Virus record (IMG/VR): IMGVR_UViG_3300045988_056900
From: a virus
Strand: one strand, 5' to 3'
Length of the DNA stretch: 64,000 nucleotides
Under the pieces are notes generated by a model. That model ran no database searches and was not told where the DNA came from. It was given only the letters and a program-made list of their open reading frames with translations. Within the stretch, counting starts at the first letter, position 1; every line of letters starts with the position of its first letter. Of this stretch, positions 40,332-52,881 are shown piece after piece. The translations under genes were made by a program, and so were the position numbers.

Positions 40332-42383
40332 ATGGTAGACTTCAATAAATAGATAAAAAACAGCAATAAGTTTAGACAGCCGGCTCTGAGATTTCTCGAA
40401 GTCGGCTCTTATTGTTAGTACCCAGAAGGTACATCAGAGTACTTTAAATACTGGGACGAATAGATGGATAGATGTAAATATGGTTATACAGCTGATGATG
40501 GAGATTTCATCAGTGGGTATAACTATTTTTATTTAAACTTCTGTCCTATTCAAAGAATTATCTATACTACTATAAATAATCCAGATGGATCTACTAAGAT
40601 AAAAAAGACGCGTGATCTATAGTTTCCAGACTTCTACGATTACGACTATTACTTCTTTCAAGCAGTAGAAGATGCTGAAGGAGAAGGTAAACACTTATGT
40701 GCATTAAAGAGTAGACGTAAGGGTTATTCTTATAAGAATGCAGCTATGGCTTGTCGTAACTATTACCTGTTTGCTGGTAGTAAAACATACATATATGCTA
40801 GTAATAAACAGTACTTAACAGAAGACGGTATTCTTACTAAAGCATGGGACTATATGGACTTTATAGATAAGAATACAGCTTGGGGTAAGAAAAGATCTGT
40901 TAATACTTAGATGCGTAAACGTGCTGGATTCTTTACTAAAGATGAGTATGGTAATGAGATAGAATTAGGTTTCAAGTCAGAAATAATTGGTGTTACTCTA
41001 AAAGATAATCCTGACGTAGTTCGTGGTAAAGCTGGTAAATTAATTATCTTTGAAGAAGCTGGTTCATTCTCAGAACTAGGTGCCGCATGGCAGATTGCTA
41101 GACCGTCTGTAGAACAAGATGGTATGGCATTCGGTACTATGATTGCATTCGGTACAGGTGGTGACGAAGATAGCCATTTTGAGACTCTTAAAGATATGTT
41201 CTATAATCCAGATGGTTATAACTGTATAGGATTTGATAACATATGGGATGAAACTCCATCAGATAAAAAGTGTGGATTCTTTATACCTCAGTATACTAAC
41301 ATGGACTTCCGTGATGATGCCGGTAACAGAATATACATGGACAATGATGGAAATACATTACGTAGAAAGTCAGTAGAGTATATATTAGCTGAGCGTAGAA
41401 AAGTAATAGAGAATGCTACTAACTCTGTAGCCGTAGATAGATACGTTGCAGAACACTGTATAACGCCCTAGGAAGCGTGTTTGGAGTTTGGTGGTAACAT
41501 ATTCCCTAAAAAGGAATTACAAGAGCAATTAGCCAAAATACGTATCAATAAGAGCCTTAGTAATATGAAGCAAGTAGGCGATCTAGTATGGGAAGCAGAT
41601 GGATCACTTAAATGGGTTATTAAGAAACACGGTGATATTACGTATTATCCTTTGAAAAAAGACGATGATCCTACAGGTTCAATAGTAATATGGGAACACC
41701 CAATGAAAGACGCTCCTATAGGATTATACATACTAGGAGTCGACCCATATGACCATGATTAGTCTGGTACTAACTCATTAGGATCTACATTCGTATATAA
41801 GCGATTCTAGGACTTTGAGAACTATTATGATATAATTGTTGCTGAATATACTGGACGTCCATCAACAGCTGAAGAATACTATGAAAATCTACGTAAGCTA
41901 GCAGTATACTATAATGGTAGGATAATGTATGAGAATGAGCGTAAAGGCTTATTTCCTTACTTTACTGCTAAGCATTGTGATTATTTATTAGCAGATCAAC
42001 CTGATATTATCTCTGATATAGTAGGTAATACTAAAGTATAGAGAAAGAAAGGTTGTCATATGAATAAGTAGATCAAACAATGGGGTGAAGGCCTAATCAA
42101 AGATTGGCTAAACGAAGAACAAGCACCTGGCAAGAAGAACCTACATAACATACTATCAGAGCCGCTATTAGAAGAACTTATAAGCTATAATGACACTGGA
42201 AACTTCGATAGGGTCATGGCGTTGATGCAAGTAATGATTTATAGAGAACAGCTCTATAATGTAAAGGTTAAAGAGAAGAAAAAAGAGAACAAGAATAGGA
42301 TACTATTTGAAGGTCCTATCTTCACTCAAGAATGGTTTCATGACGATGAATCCATTGATAATCTAAAAGCATATATGTTTTAA
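40332..42383 (+). CDS. terL: Terminase large subunit, TAG-recoded
   Basis: MVDFNK(Q)IKNSNKFRQP...ALKSRRKGYSYKNAAM (Walker A-like), KLIIFEEAGSFSELGAAW (Walker B), ILGVDPYDHD(Q)SGTNSLG nuclease motif, to TAA. Confidence 0.9.
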
Positions 42384-42385
42384 TT

Positions 42386-42919
42386 ATGAATGAAGTTTGG
42401 AAAGATATTGTAGATTTTCCAGGTTATTAGGTATCTAATTTGGGAAGAGTAAAATCCACATCACGTATAGTAAGTGTAAATGATGGAAAACGTTCATATA
42501 CTTACACTATACCAGAAAGGATTATGAAACTTTCTGTAAGAGGTAATTATCTATGTGTAACGTTATGTTTATATGGAAAACATATAAATGCTATAGTTCA
42601 CAGATTAGTGGCTAAAGCATTTATACCAAATCCATATGATTATCCTGAAGTTAATCATAAAGATGAAAATAAGCTAAACAACAATGTGGATAATTTGGAA
42701 TGGTGTACTAGGCACTATAATAAAAATTATGGTACTGGAAACATTAGAAGTTCAGCCGCTAGAAGTAAAAAAATATTACAAATCATAGACAATGGTTATG
42801 TGGAATGGCCAAGTATAAATGCTGCTGCTAGAAATTTCGGTGTAACTAGTGCTTCTATAAGTTCAGCATGTGAACGAAAACATAAATGTTGTAATTATTA
42901 TTGGCAATATAAGATATGA
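42386..42919 (+). CDS. HNH homing endonuclease with NUMOD4, TAG-recoded
   Basis: [11 protein letters not shown](Q)VSNLGRVKS; [39 protein letters not shown]; C-terminal NUMOD-like [25 protein letters not shown]. Confidence 0.92.
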
Positions 42920-42933
42920 GAAATATAAATCAA

Positions 42934-45420
42934 ATGCCCATTTAGAAACTACCGGCAAACAAAAAGACAGAAGATTGGAAATAGGCCAATATTGATTACA
43001 TTATAGGTAGAAGTATGGGAGGTTCTAGAAATGGCAATAACAGAACTCGCAAAGAGGAAATGTAGACATACTATGATCTTTATAATAGTATATACAATGA
43101 GAAAGATCTAAAGTATGTTACTAATCCATTTAAGCAATAGGATGGATTTCCTGCAATGGCATAGGACTATAATATAGTTAAGCCTAAGATTGACCTACTA
43201 TTAGGAGAAGAAACAAAAAGACCATTTAACTTCAAAGTAGTACGTACTAGTGAGATAGCTACTAGTGAGATGTAGGATAAGGCTAAAGAACTCCTTATTC
43301 AGTACATACAAGCTACTATTATGAGTAAGTTAGGTCCAGAAGAACAAGCTAGATATCAGCAAGCATTGCAGTCTGGTGAGATTATGCCTCCTGAATAGAT
43401 ACAGAAATACATGAGTAAAGACTATAAGGATATAGCAGAGATAACTGCATACCATAGTTTGAATTATTTAAAGAATAAACTTAACATTACACATGAGTTC
43501 TATAAAGGCTGGAAGGATGCACTAATAGGCGGGGAGGAGATCTATTACGTAGGTATACAGAATGGTAATCCCTGCCTAGAGCGCATTAATCCTATTTACT
43601 TTGATTACGATACAGATACTTCAGACTTAGAATATATCCATGACGCTCAATGGTGCGTATATGAGATGAAATTATCTGCTACTGATATATATGACCGGTA
43701 TTATGACAAACTATCTGAGAAGCAGCTAAATCAGCTCCTAGACATGATGGATGATACGTCTAAAGGAGGGTTCAATCCTGAAGTAAGAAAGACATCGTTA
43801 GACTACCCACATATAAAGACTCATAGTATTAATGGGTTTACATCTAACCCGTTTGATAGTACTAATGCAATTAGTGTATGGCATTGTTGTTGGTAGTCAT
43901 TTAGAAAGATAGCATTTGTTACTATTGCAGACCCTGAAACAGGAGAACCAGTAGAGTATATCGTAGATGAATCATACAATGAGACAGGTACTGAAATAAG
44001 CGTAGAATGGAAATGGATCATTGAGACATGGGAAGGATATAGAGCTGGAGATGACCTTTACTTTGGTATGGGTCCTATTGAGTACCAACACGTATCTGCT
44101 GATAATCCTAATGCACAAAGATTGCCATATACTGGAGTAATATACAATAATACCAATAGTAGACCTAGATCATTAGTAAGTATGATGAAACCATTACAGT
44201 ACATGTATATTGTACTTTGGTATCGTCTAGAACTTGCTATGTCAAGAGATAAGGGTAAAGTAGTAAATATGGATATTACTTAGATTCCTAAGTCTATGAA
44301 TATAGACGTAGCTAAGTGGATGCATTACTTATCTGCACTTGGAGTTAACTTCATCAACCCATATGAAGAAGGTTGGGATATACCAGGTAGAGAAGGTGGT
44401 AAACCGTCATAGTTCAATCAGATCACAGCATTAGACCTTACTATGGCTAATACTATTGATCAGTATATAGCATTGATGGATAAGATAGAAGCCATGTTGT
44501 CAGAGATAACTGGTGTATCTAAACAACGTGAAGGTTCTATTTCATCTAATGAATTAGTAGGTAATGTAGAAAGATCTGTAGTACAATCAGCTCATATTAC
44601 AGAGCCATGGTTTTGGGTTCATAACCAAGTAAAGAGAGAGTGTTTGATTATGCTATTAAATACAGCTAAGTATGCTTGGAAGGATAGTAAGACGAGTTTG
44701 CAGTATGTATTTGATGATGCTACTAGAGCATTTATGACTCTTAATGATGATATGTTCTATGAAGATTTTGATATATTTGTAGAAGATACTACTAAGAATC
44801 AACAACAGATAGAAGCCCTTAAGAACCTTATGCAACCTGCTATGCAGAATGGCGCTAGTCTATTAGATATTGCTGAAATCATTACTCTGGACAATGTTAC
44901 TATGATCAAAAATAGATTAGAGGAAATTGAACAGAAACGTATGGAACAACAGCAAGCTATGGAACAAGCACAAGCTGAACGTGAACAGTAGATGTTACAA
45001 ATGCAGAATGAGGTTAAGGAAGAAGAGTTAATGATCAAAGAAGCAGAAATGGATCTTAAGAAATATGAGATTGATCAGAATAATGCAACTAAGATTACAG
45101 TAGCTCAACTTAATGCTTATAGAGGTTTGGAAGATCAAGATCAGAATGATAATGGTATTCCAGATACTATGGAAATAGCAGCACAAGCACTTGAAGAGAG
45201 AAAGCAAGCATCAGAAGAAGCTTCTAAACAGTTTGAGTTCAATGCTAAGATGCGTGAATAGAACTTAAAGAAAGAAATAGAAGAGAAGAAAGTAGCTTTA
45301 GAGAAGTAGAAATTAGAATCTCAAAAAGAGTTACAGAAGATGAAAGATGACGCTGCAATGGAAAGAGAGAAACTGAAAGCACGCACAGCAATTCGCAATA
45401 AAGTAGCAGGAGAGAAATAA
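42934..45420 (+). CDS. Portal protein, TAG-recoded
   Basis: One frame from ATG 42934 to TAA 45420 joins track ORFs 43411, 44068, 44443 and 44992. Size and position after terL, with a long coiled-coil C-terminus. Confidence 0.85.
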
Positions 45421-45421
45421 T

Positions 45422-45775
45422 ATGAAGGTAATACAGAATAAATGGATACCGTTTAAAGGTTATAAATACATTAATCTATTTGGTTTAATATTTACTAGAG
45501 ATGCATCTAAAATAAATGCTAAAGAATATAATCACGAGAAGATTCATTTGAAGTAGATGCAAGAGATGCTATGGTTACCATTTTACTTATGGTATGGAAT
45601 AGAGTACTGTATTATTAGACTACTTAGATTCTTTGACAAGCAAAATGTAGTATATCACGATGTTAGCTTTGAAGAGGAAGCTCACAATAATGATGATAAC
45701 TACACTTACCCTGAGACTAGGAAACATTATTCTTGGTTGAAATATTGTAAAATTAAAAGTTATAAGGAGGATTAA
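45422..45775 (+). CDS. Hypothetical protein, TAG-recoded
   Basis: MKVIQNKWIPFKGYKYINLFGLIFTRDASKI...(Q)MQEMLWLPFYLWYG. Confidence 0.7.
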
Positions 45776-45823
45776 TTATGGGATGCAAGAAAGGCGGAAA
45801 GAAACCTGTAAAGAAATAAGGTT

Positions 45824-46861
45824 ATGGACAGACAAGCATTTAGAAATAGGATGCAATAGTTGAAGTAGTACCGGGAGTAGAATCCCGGTAAGACTTATCT
45901 TGACTTTAAAAAGTACGCTGAAGGAGGAGAGATACCACCTAGCAACAAACCTATAATTCCTGAAGAGCCTCAACCATATAAAGGTAAATTATACAAGGAT
46001 AGATATGGGCGTAAGTATACTGAAGATCAGATGAATGAGTACTATGATAGTAGTACAGACGAGATTGATAGATTCACTGGGAAACCATTCATTAGAGGAT
46101 TAAAGCCAGTAGGAGATATTGAAGATGCTGCAAATGCAACACCTGTAGGTGATGCTATATCTGCGTATGATACTTATAAGGCTTTAAAGAATAAAGACTG
46201 GGAAGGTGCTGGATTAGCTGCAATGGGCTTGATTCCTTTTATTCCTAGTTTAGGCGGTGTTGCTGTTAAATCTTCTAAGAAAATTAGTAAGCCAAAGAGC
46301 GCTTACATTCCTAAAGTAAATCCTAACTATAAATAGAGTGTTATAGATAGGGCTTTGCATGAGTAGAATAATTATTCAAATATGCCATTAAAAGTAATTG
46401 AAGAGATAAATGATCAGCGTAACAGAACATATGATCTGATGCAAGAACCGTATGCTAGAGAAAGAGCAAAGGCCGTAGATCATCAATATGGTACAGATTA
46501 TTTGAAGGTAAATGAATTCTTAAGGAAGCTCGGTGATAAGAGCAAGTTTATTCCATTTAATCAGGCAAAGACTATGTATCCTAATATGACTAGAGATATG
46601 TATGATAACATATTATAGGGTACTGAAATCAAAAGTTATATGAATCAGTTTAGGAATTACTTGGACCAGAAAGGTAAACTGAATAGAGGAAACTATACAG
46701 GTAGCTATAAGAATTTGAAGAAAGAGATAATTGATGCTCCTAAAGAAAGTTTCAATAACATCAAGGCTATCTTTAATCTATATAGGAGTCCTAAGTTATT
46801 CAACAAGGACTTTCAAATGATTCCTATAGTAAATAATACTAACGATAATACTATAGCGTGA
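45824..46861 (+). CDS. Structural/cargo-like hypothetical protein, TAG-recoded
   Basis: MDRQAFRNRMQ(Q)LK(Q)YRE(Q)NPGKTYLDFKKYAEGGE..., reads through to TGA 46861. Confidence 0.7.
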
Positions 46862-47205
46862 TGAATAACTACTCATGTTTGCCAACTAATTTCTTCAGAT
46901 ATGCTTTTGCTCTAATTAAATAGAATGAATATCTAAATAAATTTAGATTAGAAGTATGTACTGAAGAATCTACAGAACAGCTTAATAAACCTCTATTTAA
47001 TCCTAATAGACATCCAAAATTTTCTCCAGATTTATCAGAAGAAGAGGTAGAATTATTAAAAGATTCAGTATATTTCAATAGAGAAGATTTATTAGAAATA
47101 CTGAATATATTAATATTAAATTATATAAATTTGGAGGACATACTAGATGATCAATTAGACAGACATGGCACTGATAATGCCAGAATATCCGATTCCGAAG
47201 TATAA
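46861..47205 (+). CDS. Hypothetical protein, TAG-recoded
   Basis: MNNYSCLPTNFFRYAFALIK(Q)NEYLNKFR..., TGATG overlap with the upstream gene. Confidence 0.6.
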
Positions 47206-47380
47206 AGACGGAGGGATACATATCAAGAAAGAAAATAGAGGTAAGTTTAATGCCTTAAAGAAACGTACTGGTAAAAGTACTGAAGAACTTACACATAGTA
47301 AGAATCCACTAACTAGAAAGAGAGCTATCTTTGCTCAAAACTTTAGTAAAATAGCTAAGAGAAGGAAAAAGAGAAAATGA
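47165..47380 (+). CDS. Small basic hypothetical protein
   Basis: 71 aa, K/R-rich. Confidence 0.6.
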   Translation: MALIMPEYPIPKYKDGGIHIKKENRGKFNALKKRTGKSTEELTHSKNPLTRKRAIFAQNFSKIAKRRKKRK

Positions 47381-47907
47381 TAGGCAGATACAGAAGTAAA
47401 TTTAAACAATTTGACGATAACAACAACTTGCTATGTTATTCTTGTAAAAAATACAAATCGTTGGATTGCTTTGATAAGAACCCAGACAAATGGTTTAGAG
47501 CAGAAAAAGATACTAGATGTAAACAATGCAAGAAAGAAGCATATATACGTAGAAAATAGTAGAATCGAGGAAAGAAAGATTTGAATAGACTACTGTATGA
47601 AAGATTTCATGGTTTAAAAGACAGATCTAAAAGAAAGAATATCGAATGTAACATAGATGAAAATTATTTGCACGAACTATGGGAACGTTAGAATGGAATG
47701 TGTGCTTTGTCTGGAATACCTATGACATATTACTTTGATAGTGGAAGAGTTCCCACTAATTTAAGTGTAGATAGAATTGATCCTAGTCTAGGTTATATTA
47801 AAGGTAATCTATAGCTAGTGTGTATGGCTGTTAATCAAATGAAAAATGATCTTACTATAGAATAGTTGAAATACTTTTGTAGAAGTATATTACAAAACAA
47901 TAAATAA
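47377..47907 (+). CDS. HNH endonuclease with N-terminal zinc-ribbon-like motif, TAG-recoded
   Basis: CYSCKKYKSLDCF...CKQCKKEAYIRRK(QQ)NRGKKD...NGMCALSGIPM...NLSVDRIDPSLGYIKGN(L)(Q)LVCMAVNQMKNDLT. Confidence 0.9.
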
Positions 47908-47925
47908 ATCTAATTATATATAATT

Positions 47926-49092
47926 ATGGAAGAAATTACATTAAACGGTTTTGAAGTATTTGAAGACTTTCTGCCAGGAGCTAATGTACCAAAAAAAGAA
48001 ACACAGCAGACTGAACAGGAAGAAGAAGTTATTAATCCGGATATAGATGCTGCTGGAGAAGAATTGACTGACGAGGAACTTGAAGCATTACGTAATCCTA
48101 AAAAAGACAAAGAAGATGATAATTCGACTAAGGAGGATGAAAAGGAGGACACGCCTGCTAAAAAGAAGACCGGGAAGGATAAAGAAGTTGAAAAAGATGA
48201 TAATTCAACTGGAGAAGACGAGGGAAGTACAGAAACTGAAGAAACTGATGATGACACTAATGCAGTGAGCGCATTCTTCGGAGTAATGGCAGAGAAAATG
48301 GGATGGGACATTGATGAGGAAGATGAAATCCCTTCTACTCCTGAAGAGCTTGTTGACTATTTTCAATCCGTAATCGAAGAAAACTCAGTACCTCAGTATG
48401 CCAGTGAGGAAGTAGAAGCATTGGACAACTTTGTTAAGAATGGTGGTAATCTGAGAGATTACTTTGAGATTGATGGAGAGCTTGATCTTGAAGAGATTAG
48501 TATTGAGGATGATGAAGTAAACCAGAAACTTGTAGTAAAAGAATTCTTGAAAGAAAAAGGATTTAATGCTAAACAGATTGAAAAGAAATTGTCCAAATAT
48601 GAAGATGCTGGTTTGCTTGAGGATGAGGCTGAAGATGCTTTAGAAGCCCTCAAAGAGATTAAAGAGCAAAAGAAACAACAGCTATTGAAAGACCAAGAAA
48701 ACCAAGCTAAGGCTGCTGCAAAGCGTCAACAGGAATACTTTAATAGCGTTGTCAACGAAATAAAAGGCATGGATGATATTCGTGGTATTAAGATACCAGA
48801 AAAAGACAAGAAAGCATTGTTAGAATATATCTTTAAGCCTGACGCCGAGGGTAAGACACAGTATTAGAAAGACTGGTCTAAGAGCGTAAAGAATTTGCTT
48901 GAATCCGCTTACTTCACTATGAAAGGTGATACTTTACTGAAAGCAGCTAAGAATGAAGGTTCTAATACTGCTATCAATAAGTTTAAGAGTAGTCTGAATA
49001 AGACTGGTGTAAGTAGGAGAACAAAGAAAACGGACAACACTAGCACTACAGATATGTGGAAGTCTTTTGCGCAACAGTTGCGTACAAATTAA
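47926..49092 (+). CDS. Acidic scaffold-like protein, TAG-recoded
   Basis: Highly acidic N-terminus, coiled region, directly upstream of MCP; TAG 48865-48867 reads through to TAA 49092. Confidence 0.7.
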
Positions 49093-49127
49093 TAATAAAC
49101 TAAATAAATTAAAATTACTAGTATTTT

Positions 49128-50597
49128 ATGGATAATAATATTCTAAATAACTTAGTTTTATACAAAGGTAAATGGTTTTCAGACTTGATTGACACTGCCA
49201 AAATCAGTGCAGCTTCGCAATAGAACCCGTATCAGGTTGCTACCGTATTGTCTTATGTATTTGGAACTAAGGATAGCGGTTACAACACTTCCCTGGATAT
49301 GTTGACAGGTGGTCTTGGTAATGTAATGACTATTGACCAACCGAGCTGGGAATGGAACGTAATGATTGATGCTGACAGAGCAGTAACTATTAGAGATGCA
49401 AGATGGAATGGTGCAGCTATTACTTCAGATTCTACACCGGGTCTGGGAAATACTCCTATCCAATTGTGGCTTGAAGATAACTGGTTTGGTCCTACTGCAA
49501 TCTTGGAATTTGATGATAAAGAATACCAAGTACGTGTAGCAGGTGCTCCTTACCAAGATGGTAATCTTTGGGTATACACTTGTTTCGTAGCTGATGGTCA
49601 GCCGTCATCTTATATTCCTGCAGATCTGTTGACTCCGGGTTGTCAAGTATCTCGTCTTGCTTCTGCTGTAGAAGAATACAGTGAAGAAGGTGATATCCTG
49701 AACTATAGTACTCATTTTAAAATGCGTAATTATCTGACGACAATTCGTATTAACTATGATATTACTGGTTCAGCTTATTCTACTGTAATGGCAATTGCAT
49801 TGCAGGATCCGAAAACAGGTAAGAAATCTTATCTGTGGGCAGATTATCAGGAATGGAAAGCCATGAGAGAATGGTATAAGAGATGTGAAAGAATGTTGGT
49901 TTACATGAAAAATAATGTAAACAAAGATGGTTCTTGTAACTTGAAAGGTACTAACGGTCGTCCGGTATTTATCGGTGCTGGTTTGCTGGAACAGATTGCT
50001 CCATCTAACAGACGTTATTACACTGAATTGACTGCAGAACTGTTGGAAGATTTCTTGTTCGACCTGTCTTACAATGTACTTGGTACTAACGAACGTAAGT
50101 TTGTTGCCTTGACTGGTGAAATGGGTATGAGAGAATTCGACAGAATCCTTAAAGAAAAAGTTGTTAACATGAACTTGATTGATACAGTATTTGTAACAGG
50201 TTCTGGTGATAACCTTACTTTTGGTGGTCAGTTCAAAACATTCAAGATGACTAATGGCATTGAACTCACATTGAAATACTTCCCATTGTATGATGATCTG
50301 ATGTACAACCGTAAACTGCATCCGGTTACTAAGAAACCGTTGGAATCATATCGTATGACATTCCTTGATCTTGGTAGACGTGATGGTGAAGCTAACATCG
50401 TAAAAGTAGTTCGTAAAGATCGTGAATTCGTTACTTGGACTACTGGTGGTGCTGTTCTTCCGTCAGGTTATGGTAAATCAATCAATACTCTGAGATCTAA
50501 TGGTAAGGACGGTTATACCGTTTACTTCCTGGGCGAAATGGGTATCATGTTGAGAGACCCAAGAGCTTGTGGTGAACTTATCATGGAAGCAGAGTAA
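49128..50597 (+). CDS. Major capsid protein, 489 aa
   Basis: MDNNILNNLVLYKGKWFSDLIDTAKISAASQ(Q)NPYQVATVLSYVFGTKDSGYNTSLDMLTGG...; crAss-like MCP size, sequence character and position. Confidence 0.88.
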
Positions 50598-50622
50598 TTT
50601 ACACTCTGGAATCCAAAATAAA

Positions 50623-50638
50623 GGGGCCTTCGGGCCCC
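50623..50638 (+). terminator. Strong UUCG hairpin after MCP (terminator/attenuator candidate)
   Basis: GGGGCC-TTCG-GGCCCC, 26 nt after the MCP stop; no clear U-tract. Confidence 0.65.
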
Positions 50639-50668
50639 ACCTAACTAGATAATCTAATATTTGATATT

Positions 50669-51421
50669 ATGGAAGTAATCGTTAGAATCATTAAAACAAA
50701 TCCTTGGACCGGGATTACTAAATGGCCCACATGTTTTGATTATGTTGGATCTTATTGGACAAGATCAGGTAATCGTTACACAGGTCTTACTGAAGAACAA
50801 GCAAGACGTCTAGAAAAAGAAATTGGTTATCAGGAAGGAGAACTCTCTCCAAATAGTAATTATTGGAAAACATTTGCATGTCAGATTGGTAAAAAAGATT
50901 TGATCTTGCACACAGAAAATCCTTACGATGAACTGCAATATTTGTTCCTTAAAAGTCATAAAAGAGTAGCTAATGGTCTTAATAACATTAAACCATCTAG
51001 TGACTATGTAATGATTAATAAGGATAGTGAAGCTGAAGAAGCTAACAAGATCAATAAAGTTAAACGTGATGCATATAGAGAGATGGATAAGATGTCTATT
51101 GAAGATATGCGTAAGTGTTTGAGACTGTATGGTATTAAATCTGATACTATGTCTAATGAGCTTATTGAAGCTAAGATGACTGAACAGATCGAAAACTCAC
51201 CTAAGAACTTTATGATGAAATGGGTTGAAAACCCTAATAAAGAAATTCACTTCGTAATCGAAGAAGCTATCTCTAAAAACATTATTAGAAAGAATAGAGC
51301 TAACTATTATTTTGGAACAGACTTGATTGGTAATGGTCTTGATGATGTAGTTGCTTATTTGAAAGATAAAAAGAATAATGATATTAAGATGGCAATTCTT
51401 AATGAAATTAAGTCTAAATAA
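50669..51421 (+). CDS. Head/connector-region protein with SAP/HeH-like helix pair
   Basis: MSIEDMRKCLRLYGIKSDTMSNELIEAKMTEQI. Confidence 0.65.
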   Translation: MEVIVRIIKTNPWTGITKWPTCFDYVGSYWTRSGNRYTGLTEEQARRLEKEIGYQEGELSPNSNYWKTFACQIGKKDLILHTENPYDELQYLFLKSHKRVANGLNNIKPSSDYVMINKDSEAEEANKINKVKRDAYREMDKMSIEDMRKCLRLYGIKSDTMSNELIEAKMTEQIENSPKNFMMKWVENPNKEIHFVIEEAISKNIIRKNRANYYFGTDLIGNGLDDVVAYLKDKKNNDIKMAILNEIKSK

Positions 51422-52119
51422 TGAATAATCGTACTGCACATATTTAGTTTAAAGTTATCCTTGATAAGAATGCTTAGGGGGTTGCCTTCGGTGGTGCTCC
51501 CGCATTTTTACCATAGGAAATAGACTTATTTCTTAACCAAGGATAGGATGAGATCATAAGTAATAAGATTAGTGGTAACAATGTACTTAAAGTAGGATTT
51601 GAAGGTTCTCAATAGAGAATATCAGAACTAGATGCATTAGTACGTACAGATAAGAATGTAACTGCTAATAGAAGCGAATTTAATGAATTCGTATTAGATA
51701 ATGTGCATAAGGACGGAGAAAGACTTACTATATGGAGTGTAATGCTGAAGTATGGTAATTATCCTACTAACTGTTTACTAGTAGATCATAATACAGCTGG
51801 ATTATTTAAGTAGACATATAATAATACTCCATGGGTAGAATACCCAGTATCTGCAATAGAGGATAATCAACTGTTAATATATGTTGATCCTATATTGATG
51901 GAAGATGAGTTATATAGGCCTACAGATAATAAATATGCTGTTGATATTACTTATATAAAGAAGCCTACTCCTTTTGATTATACTAAGCCAGACGAAGAGC
52001 TAGATTTACCTAATGATGTAATGACTGAAGTAATAAACAGAGCTGTAGTACTGGCATTAGAGAATATAGAATCACAAAGAACTGCTGGAAAGTTATAGTT
52101 AAACCAATTATCTGAATAA
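51421..52119 (+). CDS. Structural protein, TAG-recoded
   Basis: MNNRTAHI(Q)FKVILDKNA(Q)GVAFGGAPAFLP(Q)EIDLFLNQG(Q)DEI...; single frame to TAA. Confidence 0.75.
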
Positions 52120-52121
52120 TT

Positions 52122-52784
52122 ATGCGTGAGAGAGATTTTCAAATACAGTTTGAAAGATAGTTGTAGACTTTAATACCTGGGTATAATACTACTACTAAAC
52201 TTAATTCAGATACTATCTTTTCATATATAAATCGTGCTAAAGATGAGTATGTGAAATAGTTGTATAGAGTATTTCAGCAGAATCAAGAGATAACTGATAA
52301 ATTACGTACATTGGTAGATAAGACTATCTATACTAAATCTGACTTTATGGTAGAGGATAATAGATGGTCAACTAGCTATCCAAATAACTATTTGTTTGCA
52401 CTAGGTGAAGAAACATTTATTGATATTTATTCTAATGCTTGTCCATTGTTAGTAGTTAGAACCAGGGACGTATTAGAAGCTACCATAGAAACAGTAGACA
52501 GAATTCTAGAAAATAGTTTGTCAGAATACCACCTCCACCACAATCAAGCCAGACCTGTTCGCTTATATACGGAGAACAAAATAGTATTGATTACTGATGG
52601 AAATTATGGTATTACTAAGTATATACTTACTTACTTAAGAAATGCAAAAGATTTAGGTAAGGATTTGGTAAAAGAATATACAGAGTTACCAGAAGTAACT
52701 CACCAAGAAATTGTTGATGCGGCAGTTAGACTATATCTGTCAGAAGCGGCTTCAACTAAATAGTCAGATAAATCTGACGAATAA
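52122..52784 (+). CDS. Connector/structural protein, TAG-recoded
   Basis: MRERDFQIQFER(Q)L(Q)TLIPGYNTTTKLNSD...(Q)LYRVFQQNQ... to TAA. Confidence 0.75.
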
Positions 52785-52881
52785 AAAAGCGTTCATCGAC
52801 GTGGAAATCTGAAATAAGGAAAGTAGAAGATGAATAAAGTTGATATGAGCGCGCATCGTTAAACTAAAATAATTTAATACA

